Below are positions 1-11,553 of a DNA stretch of 64,000 nt, in pieces. A model generated the notes under the pieces. That model was given only the letters and a program-made list of their open reading frames with translations. It was not told the DNA's origin and did not search any database. How positions within the stretch are numbered: position 1 is the first letter of the stretch; every line of letters begins with the position of its first letter. Origin of the DNA: Macrostomum hystrix. Its lineage: Eukaryota; Animalia; Platyhelminthes. Location: contig CATNEN010000001.1 in the NCBI GenBank assembly GCA_950097015.1, forward strand, positions 24,490,001 to 24,554,000, read 5' to 3'. Position numbers and translations under genes: made by a program.

Positions 1-37
1 CTCCTGTGGGTGGGATCATGGTTCCCGGTGGGATCAG

Positions 38-197
38 GAACTGAAGCTTATTGCTAAGGGAACTGAAGCTTATTGCTTAGGGAACTGAAGCTTATTGCTT
101 AGGGAACTGAAGATTGTTGCTTAGGGAACTGAAGCTTATTGCTTAGGGAACTGAAGATTGTTGCTTAGGGAACTGAAGCTTATTTGCTTAGGGAACA
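38..197. repeat. Intronic ~22-bp minisatellite (gggaactgaagcttattgctta)
   Basis: Direct tandem copies in a GUF1 intron. Confidence 0.9.
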
Positions 198-232
198 ATT
201 GTGGACACATTGGACGGCGGATCCAGCCTCAC

Positions 233-2680
233 CACCATGAGCTGCGTGACGCTATCCAGATACTTGGCGGGCGTGATGACCGTGGCTCGGCACACTGGCT
301 CAAAGTGCTCAGCCACAGCCTCATCTGGCGGCATCAGTGCTGGGCTGGTCACATCGATGATCCCACCGCTGCCACCATCTGCCGCATCTGCCCAGTCCCG
401 CATGGCCCGCTCCGAGTTCAGGCGCACTCGGTAGGGAATCGACGGCGCAGTGAGGATCACCTCGGTATTGTACTCCTCTTCGAGGCGCTGACGAAACACG
501 TCCATGTGGAGCAGGCCCAGGAAGCCAATGCGCCAGCCCCGGCCGAGGGCGGCGTTCGAGTCCGGAGCGACGGACACTGAGGCATCGTTCAGCGTCAGCT
601 TAAGTAAGGACGCCTCCAGTCTGTCGATGTCCTCCTGGGAGATCGGGTATAGGCCGCAGAACACCATCGGCTGGGCCGGCTGCGGAGAAACGGCAAAATG
701 GAAGTCTTTTTTTTCAACAGTCAATAGTTTCAAATCGATAGCTTTGTCCGGTTGTTACTTTTATCCCGTTAAGGGGTTCTAGCCTAGTGCTTTGGATTCC
801 TACCAAGTGCTTTGAAGGTCGTAGGTTCGATTCCCGACTCCACTGGAAATGATGACTGAGAAGCCGTACGCAATCTCTCTACCCACCCCTCTCTCTATCT
901 ATCATTATCTATCATTGTCCAACCTGAAACGGTGTTAGCGGCTTCTCCCCATCTGGCAGGTGGGCGCAGCTGACCACCGTGTCACCGACCAGGGCCTCCT
1001 TGGTGCTTCGCATACTGCTGATCAAGTAGCCAACCAGACCGGCTGAGAGACAGTCGATCGGCTGCTGATGAGGCCGGAAGACGCCGACCTCCTTGACGGT
1101 GTGCACCGCGGTCGGCTGATGCAGCGAGCGGAACTCGTCCCCGGGCCTCAACTGGCCGGCCTTGGCTGCCACCAGGCACACGGCGCCTTTGTATGGCTCG
1201 AACCAGGAGTCAACAATGAGGCCCTTGAAATTGACTGAAGTATTGCTGACTGGCTTTGGCGGTGGAATCCGTTGTACAATGGCCTCCAATAGCTGGTCGA
1301 TGCCGACGCCCTTTTTGGCGGACACTTCCAGCACCTGAATATTTCGCATGATTGAGAACTGACAGATCAGGGAACTGAAGGATCAGGGAACTGAAGGATC
1401 AGGAAACTGAAGGATCAGGAAACTGAAGGATCAGGGAACTGAAGGATCAGGGAACTGAAGGATCAGGGAACTGAAAGATCAGGGAACTGAAGGATCAGGG
1501 AACTGAAGGATCAGGCAGCTGAAAGATCAGGGAACTGAAGGATCAGGGAACTGAAGGATCAGGGAACTGAGGGATCTGGGAACTGAAGGATCAAGGAACT
1601 GAAGGATCAGGGAACTGAAGAATCAGGGAACTGAAGGATCAGGCAGCTGAAAGATCAGGGAACTGAAGGATCAGGGAATTGAAAGATCAGGGAACTGAAG
1701 GATCAGGGAACTGAAGGATCAGGGAACTGAAGAATCAGGGAACTGAAGGATCAGGCAGCTGAAAGATCAGGGAACTGAAGGATCAGGGAATTGAAAGATC
1801 AGGGAACTGAAGGATCAGGGAACTGAAGGATCAGGGAACTGAGGGATCAGGGAACTGAAGGATCAGGAAACTGAAGGATCAGGGAACTGAAGGATCAGGG
1901 AACTGAAGAATCAGGGAACTGAAGGATCAGGCAGCTGAAAGATCAGGGAACTGAAGGATCAGGGAATTGAAAGATCAGGGAACTGAAGGATCAGGGAACT
2001 GAAGGATCAGGGAACTGAAGAATCAGGGAACTGAAGGATCAGGCAGCTGAAAGATCAGGGAACTGAAGGATCAGGGAATTGAAAGATCAGGGAACTGAAG
2101 GATCAGGGAACTGAAGGATCAGGGAACTGAGGGATCAGGGAACTGAAGGATCAGGAAACTGAAGGATCAGGGAACTGAAGGATCAGGGAACTGAAGGATC
2201 AGGGAACTGAAAGATCAGGGAACTGAAGGATCAGGCTGAGAACCCACCTGATGCGGCTCAATGCTGAACAAGCTCTCCAGCTGCTTCTTTACTTCATCCG
2301 GCCTAGCTGTGGGCAAATCAATTTTGTTAATGACGGGAATGATTGCCAGCTCGGCTGTGAATGCCAGGTAATAATTGGCTATGGTCTGCGCTTGGACTCC
2401 GTCGTTCGCGTCAACCAGCAGCACCACTCCGTCGGAGGCGGCCACGGAGCGTTGAACTTCGTGGCTGAAGTCGACGTGGCCCGGCGTGTCGACAAGGTTC
2501 AGCAGGTAGGTCGGGCCTTCGGGTTCGCCAGGCGGCTGGTAGAACAGGGCGACCGTCTGCGCCTTGATGGTGATGCCGCGTTCGCGCTCGATCTTCAGCC
2601 GATCCAGAACCTGCCTGTTCTGCGGCCCAGCCTCGATGGCGCCTGATTGGGTGAAAATTGAGCTGTCAGTTGGTCAGGTG

Positions 2681-2715
<35 letters not shown>

Positions 2716-3131
2716 CAACTCACCCGTGAACTCAAGCAGCCGATCGGACAATGTACTCTTGCCGTGATCAACGTGGGCGATGATGCTGAAGTTGCGAATC
2801 AGGCTGGTGTCGATTTTGCTCAGGTCGAGAGGCTGCAGCTGAGGGAGGAGTTGGTTAAGAAGGCCAAGGATGCAGAAAAATCTTGGAGTATGAAATAGAC
2901 CAGCACAAAAGGCATGAATTCACAGTACCTTACTGGCTGGTTTGGACAATTGTCGTTTCGACTGTGGGACACACTGAACTGGCAGCAGGTTGGACCACAG
3001 CGACCTGGGCAAGAAAACATGTTAACAAATTCATTTCTTTCTTAACCTTACGATCTATAAAAAGTAAGCAATTATATTAAAAATGCTGCTTACCGCATTC
3101 TACGCTGACACCTGTTGCATATCTGAAGCAT
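233..3131 (-). CDS. GUF1: Translation factor GUF1/LepA (EF-4), mitochondrial; multi-exon, 3' part continues beyond the window start
   Basis: Exons approx. 3131-3094, 3004-~2929, ~2840-2724, 2642-2248, 1334-924, 679-233. Motifs [79 protein letters not shown]. The two N-terminal exons are less certain. Confidence 0.93.
772..847 (+). mobile_element. tRNA-like SINE head (Pol III A/B boxes)
   Basis: ggggttctagcctagtg...ggttcgattccc; same head at 8748 and a fragment at ~17370. Confidence 0.55.
1365..2235. repeat. 16-bp minisatellite (gatcagggaactgaag) filling GUF1 intron 1335-2247
   Basis: Direct tandem array. Confidence 0.95.
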
Positions 3132-3264
3132 TTCGGCCGTTCACTTTGACTTGCAATTTCAACTTGTTATGTTCTTCGACTGAAATCAGCACAACTTAAT
3201 GGCATTTTAGCTTCGTGTTTGTCTGATAAAAAATTCCTAAAACAACAAACTATTAAAACCCCCA

Positions 3265-3660
3265 AAACTGGACTGTTAATCCCCTTAACAATTGGACTGT
3301 TGATTGCCTTAGCACTGATGATCCCCTTAGCAACCGGACTGATAACTCCCTTAGCAACCGGAATAATAACTCCCTTAGCAACCGGACTGATAACTCCCTT
3401 AGCAACCGGAATAATAACTCCCTTAGCAACCGGACTGATAACTCCCTTAGCAACCGGAATAATAACTACCTTAGCAACCGGACTGATAACTCCCTTAGCA
3501 ACCGGACTGATAACTCCCTTTCCCTTAGCAACCGGACTGATGATTCCCTTAGCAACCGGACTGATAATTCCCTTAGCAACCGGACTGAAAATTCCATTTC
3601 CCTTAGCAACCAGACTGTTAATTCCATTTCCCTTAGCAACCGGACTGATGATTCCTTAAC
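3265..3660. repeat. 24-bp minisatellite (cccttagcaaccggactgataact), intergenic
   Basis: Tandem array; the overlapping ORF 3219-3659 is repeat-derived. Confidence 0.92.
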
Positions 3661-4109
3661 AAACAGACCTTTAGGCCACTTAATTACTTTTAATGTCCTT
3701 TAGAATCGGAATGATAATCCTCTTGCAGTTGGATAATCTTTGCAACCCATTCAGTCTTTATCTTCGATTTTCCAGTCTATTTTGACTATCAGAGTTTTCC
3801 ATTGCATCTAAAGCTGTCTAATAATGAAAAGCGATTATAAACAAGAACACATTTCTTAGAAAATATAAGTAACTATTGGCCATATCCGCGCTTATTTGAT
3901 CAATCTATTTACAAGTAACAACTTGATGAAATTCGGAGAAGAAACATAACAAATATAAAGGTGGAACAAAGATTAAAATAAAGTAACATATTCTGGAATT
4001 TTGTTACTACGCATCTACACGTTAAAAACAACACCTTGAGGGTGAGGCCCTTCAAGGCACATGGCCAGTGCAAAGGTGCATGCGCACTAATCTACCATCA
4101 ATCGATATC

Positions 4110-5270
4110 CTACTTTGTCTTCGACCCAGAAGCAGCGGCAGCAGCAGCCTCCGCTTTGAGACCGTCCAGCACATTCCTAATAAAATCGGACGCCTCGCCG
4201 AGTTTCGCTACGTCCACGCCGGTGTCGAAGCCGCGGCTGTGCAGCATGGCAACCACAGCCTCGGTGGCAACGTTGCCCGAGGCTCCCGGGCCAGCGTAGG
4301 GGCAGCCGCCGAGCCCGGCTACCGAGGCGTCGATCGTGCGCAGTCCGAAGTTCAACGCCGAACCGATGTTGGCCAAGGCCTGGCCATTGGTGTTGTGACA
4401 ATGGGCTGCCAGGTGGTTGGGGGATAGGCCGGAATTCAGCAGGCTCTCCAGCAGGCGACTCATCGTGTCCGGAGTGCCAACGCCGATGGTGTCGCCGAGG
4501 GAGACTTCGTAGCAGCCGAGTTCAAGGAGGCGGTGCGACACGGAGGTGACGGCTGAATGACTGACCTTGCCCTGGAAGGGGCAGCCGAGGACGCACGAGA
4601 CGTAGCCGCGGAGTGGCACTCTGGGGTGAAAGGCGAGAGAGGGATGGCGGAGTGAGGTTGGTGGCTGGCGGAGTGAGGAGGGGGGCTGGCGGAGTAAGGT
4701 GGGTGGCTAGCGGAGAGAGGTGGGTGACTAGCGGAGTCATTACGTACGTTTAAGGATCTAATTTCTGAAAATAATAAAATAAAAGGGACTAGAACTTAAA
4801 ACTGCTCACTTGGCCTTGACAGCGGCATCAGCCACCGGCCTAAATCTTTTCAGACTCTCGTCTATATCGCAGTTGACATTGCGCCTGGAAAACGCCTCCG
4901 AGGCGGCGGCGAATACGGCCACCTCGTCCGCTCCGGCCGCAATTGCGGCCTCGAATCCACGCAGATTGGGCGTCAAGGCGGCGTAAACAACGCCAGGTTG
5001 CTTAGCAACGCCGCCCAGAACAGCGTCGCTATTGGCCATCTGAGGCACCCATTTGGCTGACACGAAGCTGCCAGCTTCAATCTTGGTCAAGCCGCAGCCA
5101 GCCAGGAGGTCCACCAGGCGAATCTTGGCGCCCAGCGGAACCAGCAGCTTCTCGTTCTGCAGGCCGTCACGAGGACCGACTTCGTAGACGGTTACTCGGC
5201 CTTTGCTGCTAAACAGGCGGCTGCCAAGCGGGGCTCGGATTGAAGCCCGCAGAAATCTGATTGGCTGCTG
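4110..5270 (-). CDS. HMGCL: Hydroxymethylglutaryl-CoA lyase, mitochondrial
   Basis: Exons 5270-4810 and 4620-4110 (GTGAG..CAG, phase 2). Motifs EVGPRDGLQNE, GSFVSAKWVPQM, EVSLGDTIGVGTP, HCHNT, GLGGCPYA.GASGNVATE. Start codon uncertain (see findings). Confidence 0.95.
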
Positions 5271-5344
5271 CTGAAAGAGGGAGGGCGAGACGAACACTTT
5301 GACAGTCGTAGCATAATAAAAGTACATTTTCGGCACAAGATCTA

Positions 5345-5712
5345 CCCCGATAATGATAATCACAGGAGGGCTGTGGGACACTGACTCCTGAGCACGCGGG
5401 CACACACTGAAAAAGAGGGTGTACATCTGCACTGACTTGTACACCCACCTCACTCCGCCAGCCACCCACCTCACTCCGCCAGCCACCCACCTCACTCCGC
5501 CAGCCACCCACCTCACTCCGCCAGCCACCCAATTTCTCATCGTCAGCCAGTGTACACTCACTGTGTCTTGGAGGTTGGCCCTCAAGGGCGTAAATTGCAT
5601 GACAAGCTTCCAAGCCTTCTCTTCACGACTGCGACCGATGTCGCCACGGAATCGAGCTCAGGGACCTTGGTGCGCGGACACAAACGCTTCAAAGGCTCCG
5701 CCACACAACCCC
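5345..5712 (-). mobile_element. tRNA-derived SINE, family A, with an internal 21-bp minisatellite
   Basis: Head gtggcggagc...gagctcgattcc; body homologous to 15446-15767; (att)-like tail. Confidence 0.8.
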
Positions 5713-6049
5713 GAAATCTAAACGAACCCGAAAAAATAAATTAAAAACGTAATTCCATTTACAAACAATAAATATCTGATGTATTTATTCAAAGTCTTTC
5801 AGAAAACTGTTATATAAAAGAAATTCATTACAAATAGGCAATAGAGTATTGTGAAACCTGCTAATATATTGGTCATGTCCAGCAAAATATATTTAGCTCG
5901 AATATATACTAGTACAAAAGTACAGAAGTCACTTAAAAAGAAGGTTTCACATCACATGGATATTACACGAGTTAACAATAGCACCTGAACTAGAAGGCTT
6001 CAACACTCACAAATAACTTGTAAACTGACAGTTTGATGATTGACATTAT

Positions 6050-6450
6050 TCTGAGATCCGACAGACTGAGGGATATGACACAGTCTGAGGGATCTGACAC
6101 AGTCAGTGTAATCTGACACAGTCAGTGTGATCTGACACAGTCAGTGTGATCTGACACAGTCAGTGTGATCTGACACAGTCAGTGTGATCTGACACAGTCA
6201 GTGTGATCTGACACAGTCAGTGTGATCTGACACAGTCAGTGTGATCTGACACAGTCAGTGTGATCTGACACAGTCAGTGTGATCTGACACAGTCTGAAGG
6301 ATCTGACACAGTCTGAGGGATCTGACACAGTCTGAGGGATTTGACACAGTCTGAGGGATCTGACACAGTCTGAAGGATCTGACACAGTCTGAAGGATCTG
6401 ACACAGTCTGAGGGATCTAAGACTGAGGTAAGGGACATTATTCTGGGATC
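6050..6450. repeat. 19-bp minisatellite (gtgtgatctgacacagtca and variants)
   Basis: Tandem array just downstream of the archaemetzincin stop. Confidence 0.92.
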
Positions 6451-6489
6451 TGACAGTCTTATCACAATGAAAATCACAGTGAGCAGTGC

Positions 6490-8630
6490 TCAAACTAGCG
6501 AGTCCAGCTCCGAGTATCTGTTGAGGCGGCTGACAGAGTCACTCACAGCCTGTCTCAGCCTTGAACCAGCCGGATAGAGTTCGGGGCACAGGCCGCTGAG
6601 CACAGACTCAGCCCAGCTGGCTGGTGTCAGGCAGCCCCTGAACAGCCGGCAGAGCTTGGCCAGACAGAGGGGGCAGAGCTGCAGCGGCTGGCCGAGGGCT
6701 TCGGCCATAGACTCGCTGGAGTTCATGTTGCAGGCGAACACGCAGCAATGGTCCAGGCCCAGCATGTGGCCCAGCTCGTGGCTCAGCACCTTGCGAACTC
6801 GCCAGTCAACATTCAACAGAGGATCTCCGGCGTCGGCGGTGTCGGTCGATTGGTCGCCGACTGGCGCCGAGGAGCCGCGGCCGAAGCAGACAACAGCCGC
6901 CTTGTGCTGGGCGGAGGACTGGCCGAGGATGAAGGCGCCAGTCTGGCCGGAACCCAGCATGTCAGGGCCGGGGTACAGGTCCGTGTGGCACACTCCCACT
7001 TGAAGGTCGGCGACTGCGCAATTGCCCGGAGCCGCAGGCGATATCAGACTGCGCAGAACAGAGCCGGCCTCCAAGCGGATGGAGCCCTTCACCTCCTGGC
7101 AGAGTGGGTTGTGCGTGAGTGCTGTTTTTATACTAGACTGCGAGTAGATGGTTGAGTAGACTACAGAGTAGATGGTTGAGTAGACTGCAGAGTAGATGGT
7201 TGAGTAGACTGCAGAGTAGACGGTTGAGTAGACTGCAGAGTGGATGGCTGAGTAGACTGCAGAGTAGATGGTTGAGTAGACTGCAGAGTAGATGGTTGAG
7301 TAGACTGCAGAGTAGATGGTTGAGTAGACTGCAGAGTAGATGGCTGAGTAGACTGCAGAGTAGATGGTTGAGTAGACTGCAGAGTAGACGGTTGAGTAGA
7401 CTGCAGAGTAGATAGTTGAGCAGACACATGAGTAGAGTGGTCTCACACGGCGAACAACATCCGGCCTAGAGGCCAGAAACTGGCAGTCGGGCAGCAGCTG
7501 CATTTCCAGGCAGGGATAATAGGCCCTCAGGTAGGGCATGGCATCGCACAGGGCAGCATTGAATCGGGGCGGTAGGGTCTCCAGCGGTCGGACGGCCACG
7601 ATGCGCTTGGAGTCTGGGCTGGGCTGGAACCAGTTGAGCAGTCCGTTCAGCTGCATGGATACCTGCGGAATAGTGACATTTTTTCTATAATATTATGACA
7701 CATGAAATGCCATAATGACAGGTGAGATGCCATCATGACAGGTGAGATACCATCATGACAGGTGAGATACCATCATGCCAGGTGAGATACCATCATGACA
7801 GGTGAGATACCATCATGACAGGTGAGATGCCATCATGACAGGTGAGATTCCATCATGACAGGTGAGATTCCATCATGACAGGTGAGATACCATCATGACA
7901 GGTGAGATTCCATCATGACAGGTGAGATACCATCATGACAGGTGAGATACCATCATGACAGATGAGATACCATCATGACAGGTGAGATACCATCATGACA
8001 GGTGAGATACCATCATGACAGGTGAGATACCATCATGACAGGTGAGATACCATCATGACAGGTGAGATACCATCATGACAGGTGAGATACCATCATGACA
8101 GGTGAGATGCCATCATGACAGGTGAGATATCATCATGACAGGTGAGATACCATCATGACAGATGAGATACCATCATGACAGGCGAGATGCCATCATGACA
8201 GGTGAGATACCATCATGACAGGTGAGATACCTCAACCTTAAACTATAAACTGACGGTTGGGATTTCATTAAAGAGGATGAGATTTCTTACAGTAGATTAA
8301 AAATCAATTAGTGAGTTCGAATTTATGTTCCAATAGGTCGATAAGAAGACAAGTTGAACGGGGCGGTCTCACTTTCCACCTGCTGTAGGACTGCATTCGC
8401 CGCAGCTCGACCCTGCTGGGCTGCAGCTGTACTGCCAGAAAGTCCCCAGACAGTAGACGCCTTGCCTCGGACTCGGCGAGGTCGCCGTCGGCATCATCAG
8501 CTGCTTCTGCTGACAGCCAGCGGTGAAATCTGTGTGGCTCGGACTGCAGCACTGACCGGCCGAATCGATTGACGCTAGCAGGGCCGCAGCAACAGCAGCA
8601 GCAGCTGGCTAAGCTGGGACCGTAGGGCAT
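6490..8630 (-). CDS. Archaemetzincin-like zinc metalloprotease (peptidase M54, AMZ1/AMZ2 family)
   Basis: Exons 8630-8373, 7662-7447, 7095-6490, all phase 0. Family signature HELGHMLGLDHCCVFACNMNSSES...LCPLCLAKL. Confidence 0.88.
7135..7437. repeat. 24-bp minisatellite (gagtagatggttgagtagactgca) in in-frame intron 7096-7446
   Basis: Tandem array. Confidence 0.93.
7715..8231. repeat. 20-bp minisatellite (catcatgacaggtgagatac) in intron 7663-8372
   Basis: Tandem array. Confidence 0.95.
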
Positions 8631-8747
8631 TGTGTTTTCCAAGCAGCCGTCAGGTTCTGCTTGGATCTTCTTTTACTTTTCCTCTTGTTGTAGACTGAAA
8701 AATATGGCGTGCAGATGTTGCTTTAAAGAGTGTTTTGTAGACCCAGT

Positions 8748-8905
8748 GGGGGGTCTAGCCTAGCGATTTGAGCGTCGGTCTTGTAACCAAGAGGTCGGGA
8801 GTTCGAATCGAAGTTCAAGGGGAAAGCTATGCAAGTGTCCTTGGGAAGAGACAATCAATGTCCCGTTGCTTTAGCTCAACCTGTTGTAAACTGGGTGCCA
8901 GCGGA
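8748..8905 (+). mobile_element. tRNA-derived SINE with CORE-like central domain (family B)
   Basis: A box tagcctagcg, B box gttcgaatc, then gtgtccttggg...tgtaaactgggt resembling the MIR/CORE consensus. Confidence 0.55.
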
Positions 8906-8937
8906 AAGTTATGCTACTGGCTATAAATCTGGACCGA

Positions 8938-9098
8938 ATGATGGAAATTTAGAGTATAGAAGATAAGAAGATTTGAAGAACTCTGATTGGCTGATGGAAA
9001 TTCAGAGTATAGAAGACAAGAAGATTTGAAGAACTCTGATTGGCTGATGGAAATTCAGAGTATAGAAGACAAGAAGATTTGAAGAACTCTGATTGGCT
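8938..9098. repeat. Three tandem copies of a ~53-bp unit
   Basis: gatggaaattcagagtatagaagacaagaagatttgaagaactctgattggct x3. Confidence 0.9.
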
Positions 9099-10267
9099 AA
9101 TAAAAAAGTAACGAACGTGTAAATAAAAGCAGAAGAGGCTTGCAGTAAATTTCGAGAATAGCGGAATTTGGATTATAATCCATTATCGGAAAAAAAAGTT
9201 TGCAAATCCCTAAGCAGTGACGGGTTATACAGGCTTAGGATAGGCAAACACTCACACGAATTTATTTTAAATATTTTAAACATTTTTTACAAAACAGGTA
9301 GAAACAGCTCAACCAGCGCGAGAGAGAATAAAGAAAACGGAACAGAACAATGCGCTGTGCCAACAAGCATTTTATAGCATGATTGGATGATATACTGGTC
9401 CTGGCTGCGGACTACCAAATACTCGTGCAAACTACTCGCACACACTCAATAAGTAGTATCTGCAGTGCATGAAAACAATAGTAAAACATGAAATATTGTA
9501 ATTACACTTGACTGATTCTCTCTATGCATGAAACCAAAGAAAATTCGAGAAGCAGCAGCAGCAGCAGCTAACGGTCTCAAAGACTAGATAAACTAAATAA
9601 GCGAAGCTTTCAACACAAGCATGGCAAACACAACAGAAGCAGAGGCAACTTTGGGCTTAAAATCCGATGAGTAGAGCAAAACAATTCTGAGTCACAATAA
9701 TCTTTTTTTATCAAGGCTGCATGCTGTGAGTTTCTTGGAAACTTTTGTTACCCGATATGTATAGAAAACTTCCAATTGAGACATTGAATTACCAATAGAA
9801 CTTTTACCGAATTCGGGCGATTGAATCCTTTCATACTACTATTTCAAGTAAGTACTCCATTCTAATAAAACATTTATAAACGTTAAACAGAAATAATTTA
9901 AAAAAATGTAAATAATAGTTTAACTGTTCAAAAAGAAAACGAAACAATAAAAAACGGAAACGAAAATGTATGAGAAGTAAGAAAAAAGTTTGCACTCATT
10001 TTCGCTGCCCAAGCAAACATCCGTAATAAATTGTGCTGCACATGGTCCATTTTCATCCCACTTTCTATACGCAACATCAAATGAGGACTTCAAAAACGCA
10101 ATTTATAAAAGGGAAATTTAACCAATTTGTTTCGCAATATTTTGTTTAAGCTCGGATATACATAGACGCACAGCTTTAGTAGTAAATACGCAAATCCACT
10201 GAGGTGCGGGCTTTGATAAACAAACGAAACTCAGAAATTATAAGCATGCGGACCGAGTCATGTAGGC

Positions 10268-11130
10268 TGATAGACAGAGGTAGGCGGACAGACAGGTAGG
10301 TAGATAGACAGGTAGGTAGATAGACAGGTAGGTAGATAGACAGGCAGGTGGACAGACATGTAGGTGGACAGACAGGTAGGTGGACAGACAAAAAGGTAGA
10401 TAGACAGGTAGGTAGATAGACAGGTAGGTGGACAGACAGGTGGGTGGACAGACAGGTAGGTGGACAGACAAAAAGGTAGATAGACAGGTAGGTAGATAGA
10501 CAGGTAGGTGGACAGACAGGTAGGTGGACAGACAGGTAGGTAGATAGACAGGTAGGTGGACAGACAGGTAGGTAGATAGACAGGTAGGTGGACAGACAGG
10601 TAGGTAGATAGACAGGTAGGTGGACAGACATGTAGGTGGACAGACAGGTAGGTGGACAGACAAAAAGGTAGATAGACAGGTAGGTAGATAGACAGGTAGG
10701 TGGACAGACAGGTAGGTGGACAGACAAAAAGGTAGATAGACAGGTAGGTAGATAGACAGGTAGGTGGACAGACAGGTAGGTGGACAGACAGGTTGGTGTA
10801 CAGACAGGTAGGTGTACAGACAGGTTGGTGTACAGACAGGTTGGTGGACAGACAGGTTGGTGTACAGACAGGTTGGTGGACATGGACAGACAGGTAGGTG
10901 GACAGACAAGTAGGTGGACAGACAGGTAGGTGGACAGACAGGTTGGTGTACAGACAGGTTGGTGTACACACAGGTTGGTGTACAGACAGGTTGGTGTACA
11001 GACAGGTAGGTGGACAGACAAGTAGGTGGACAGACAAGTAGGTGGACAGACAAGTAGGTGGACAGACAGGTAGGTGGACAGACAAGTAGGTGGACAGACA
11101 AGTGGGCAGCAAGGCAGGCAGACAGGTAGT
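10268..11130. repeat. 16-bp minisatellite (gacagacaggtaggtg and variants)
   Basis: Tandem array; ORFs 10176-11244 are repeat artefacts. Confidence 0.95.
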
Positions 11131-11553
11131 TAAATAGGTAGGCCGGATCAGTAAAGTACAAATGGTAAGCAGCTGAGCGCTATAACAGAGAGTTTTTACA
11201 ACAAACTCGGACTGGCAAGAGTGAAAACGAGTCTTCTTCAACACCCAAAAGAATCACGCATCATTAATTAATAATTAATTAGGCGCCCTCTAAATTATTA
11301 GATTTTGAAACAAAGAAAAAAGTGTGAATCAAGCAACGGGGACTTGGGCAGGTGCAGAAATAATCCAGGATCATAGAACTCAATTTATAAACAAAAGGTA
11401 ACAAATTCAATCATATAAGAGTTCAATAAACTGCTCAGTATTGAGTCGTTCCGACTCATAAGTGGAGATTATAAATGTATAAACAAACAATTGTCTAAAC
11501 GATTGCACTTCAACTGTTTCAATGCGAATCAGTCCTCAAACAATGCCCAGCCA

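Noticed and set aside
772-847. Functional tRNA gene
   Set aside because: Cloverleaf arms do not pair properly and related heads are dispersed; better explained as a SINE head
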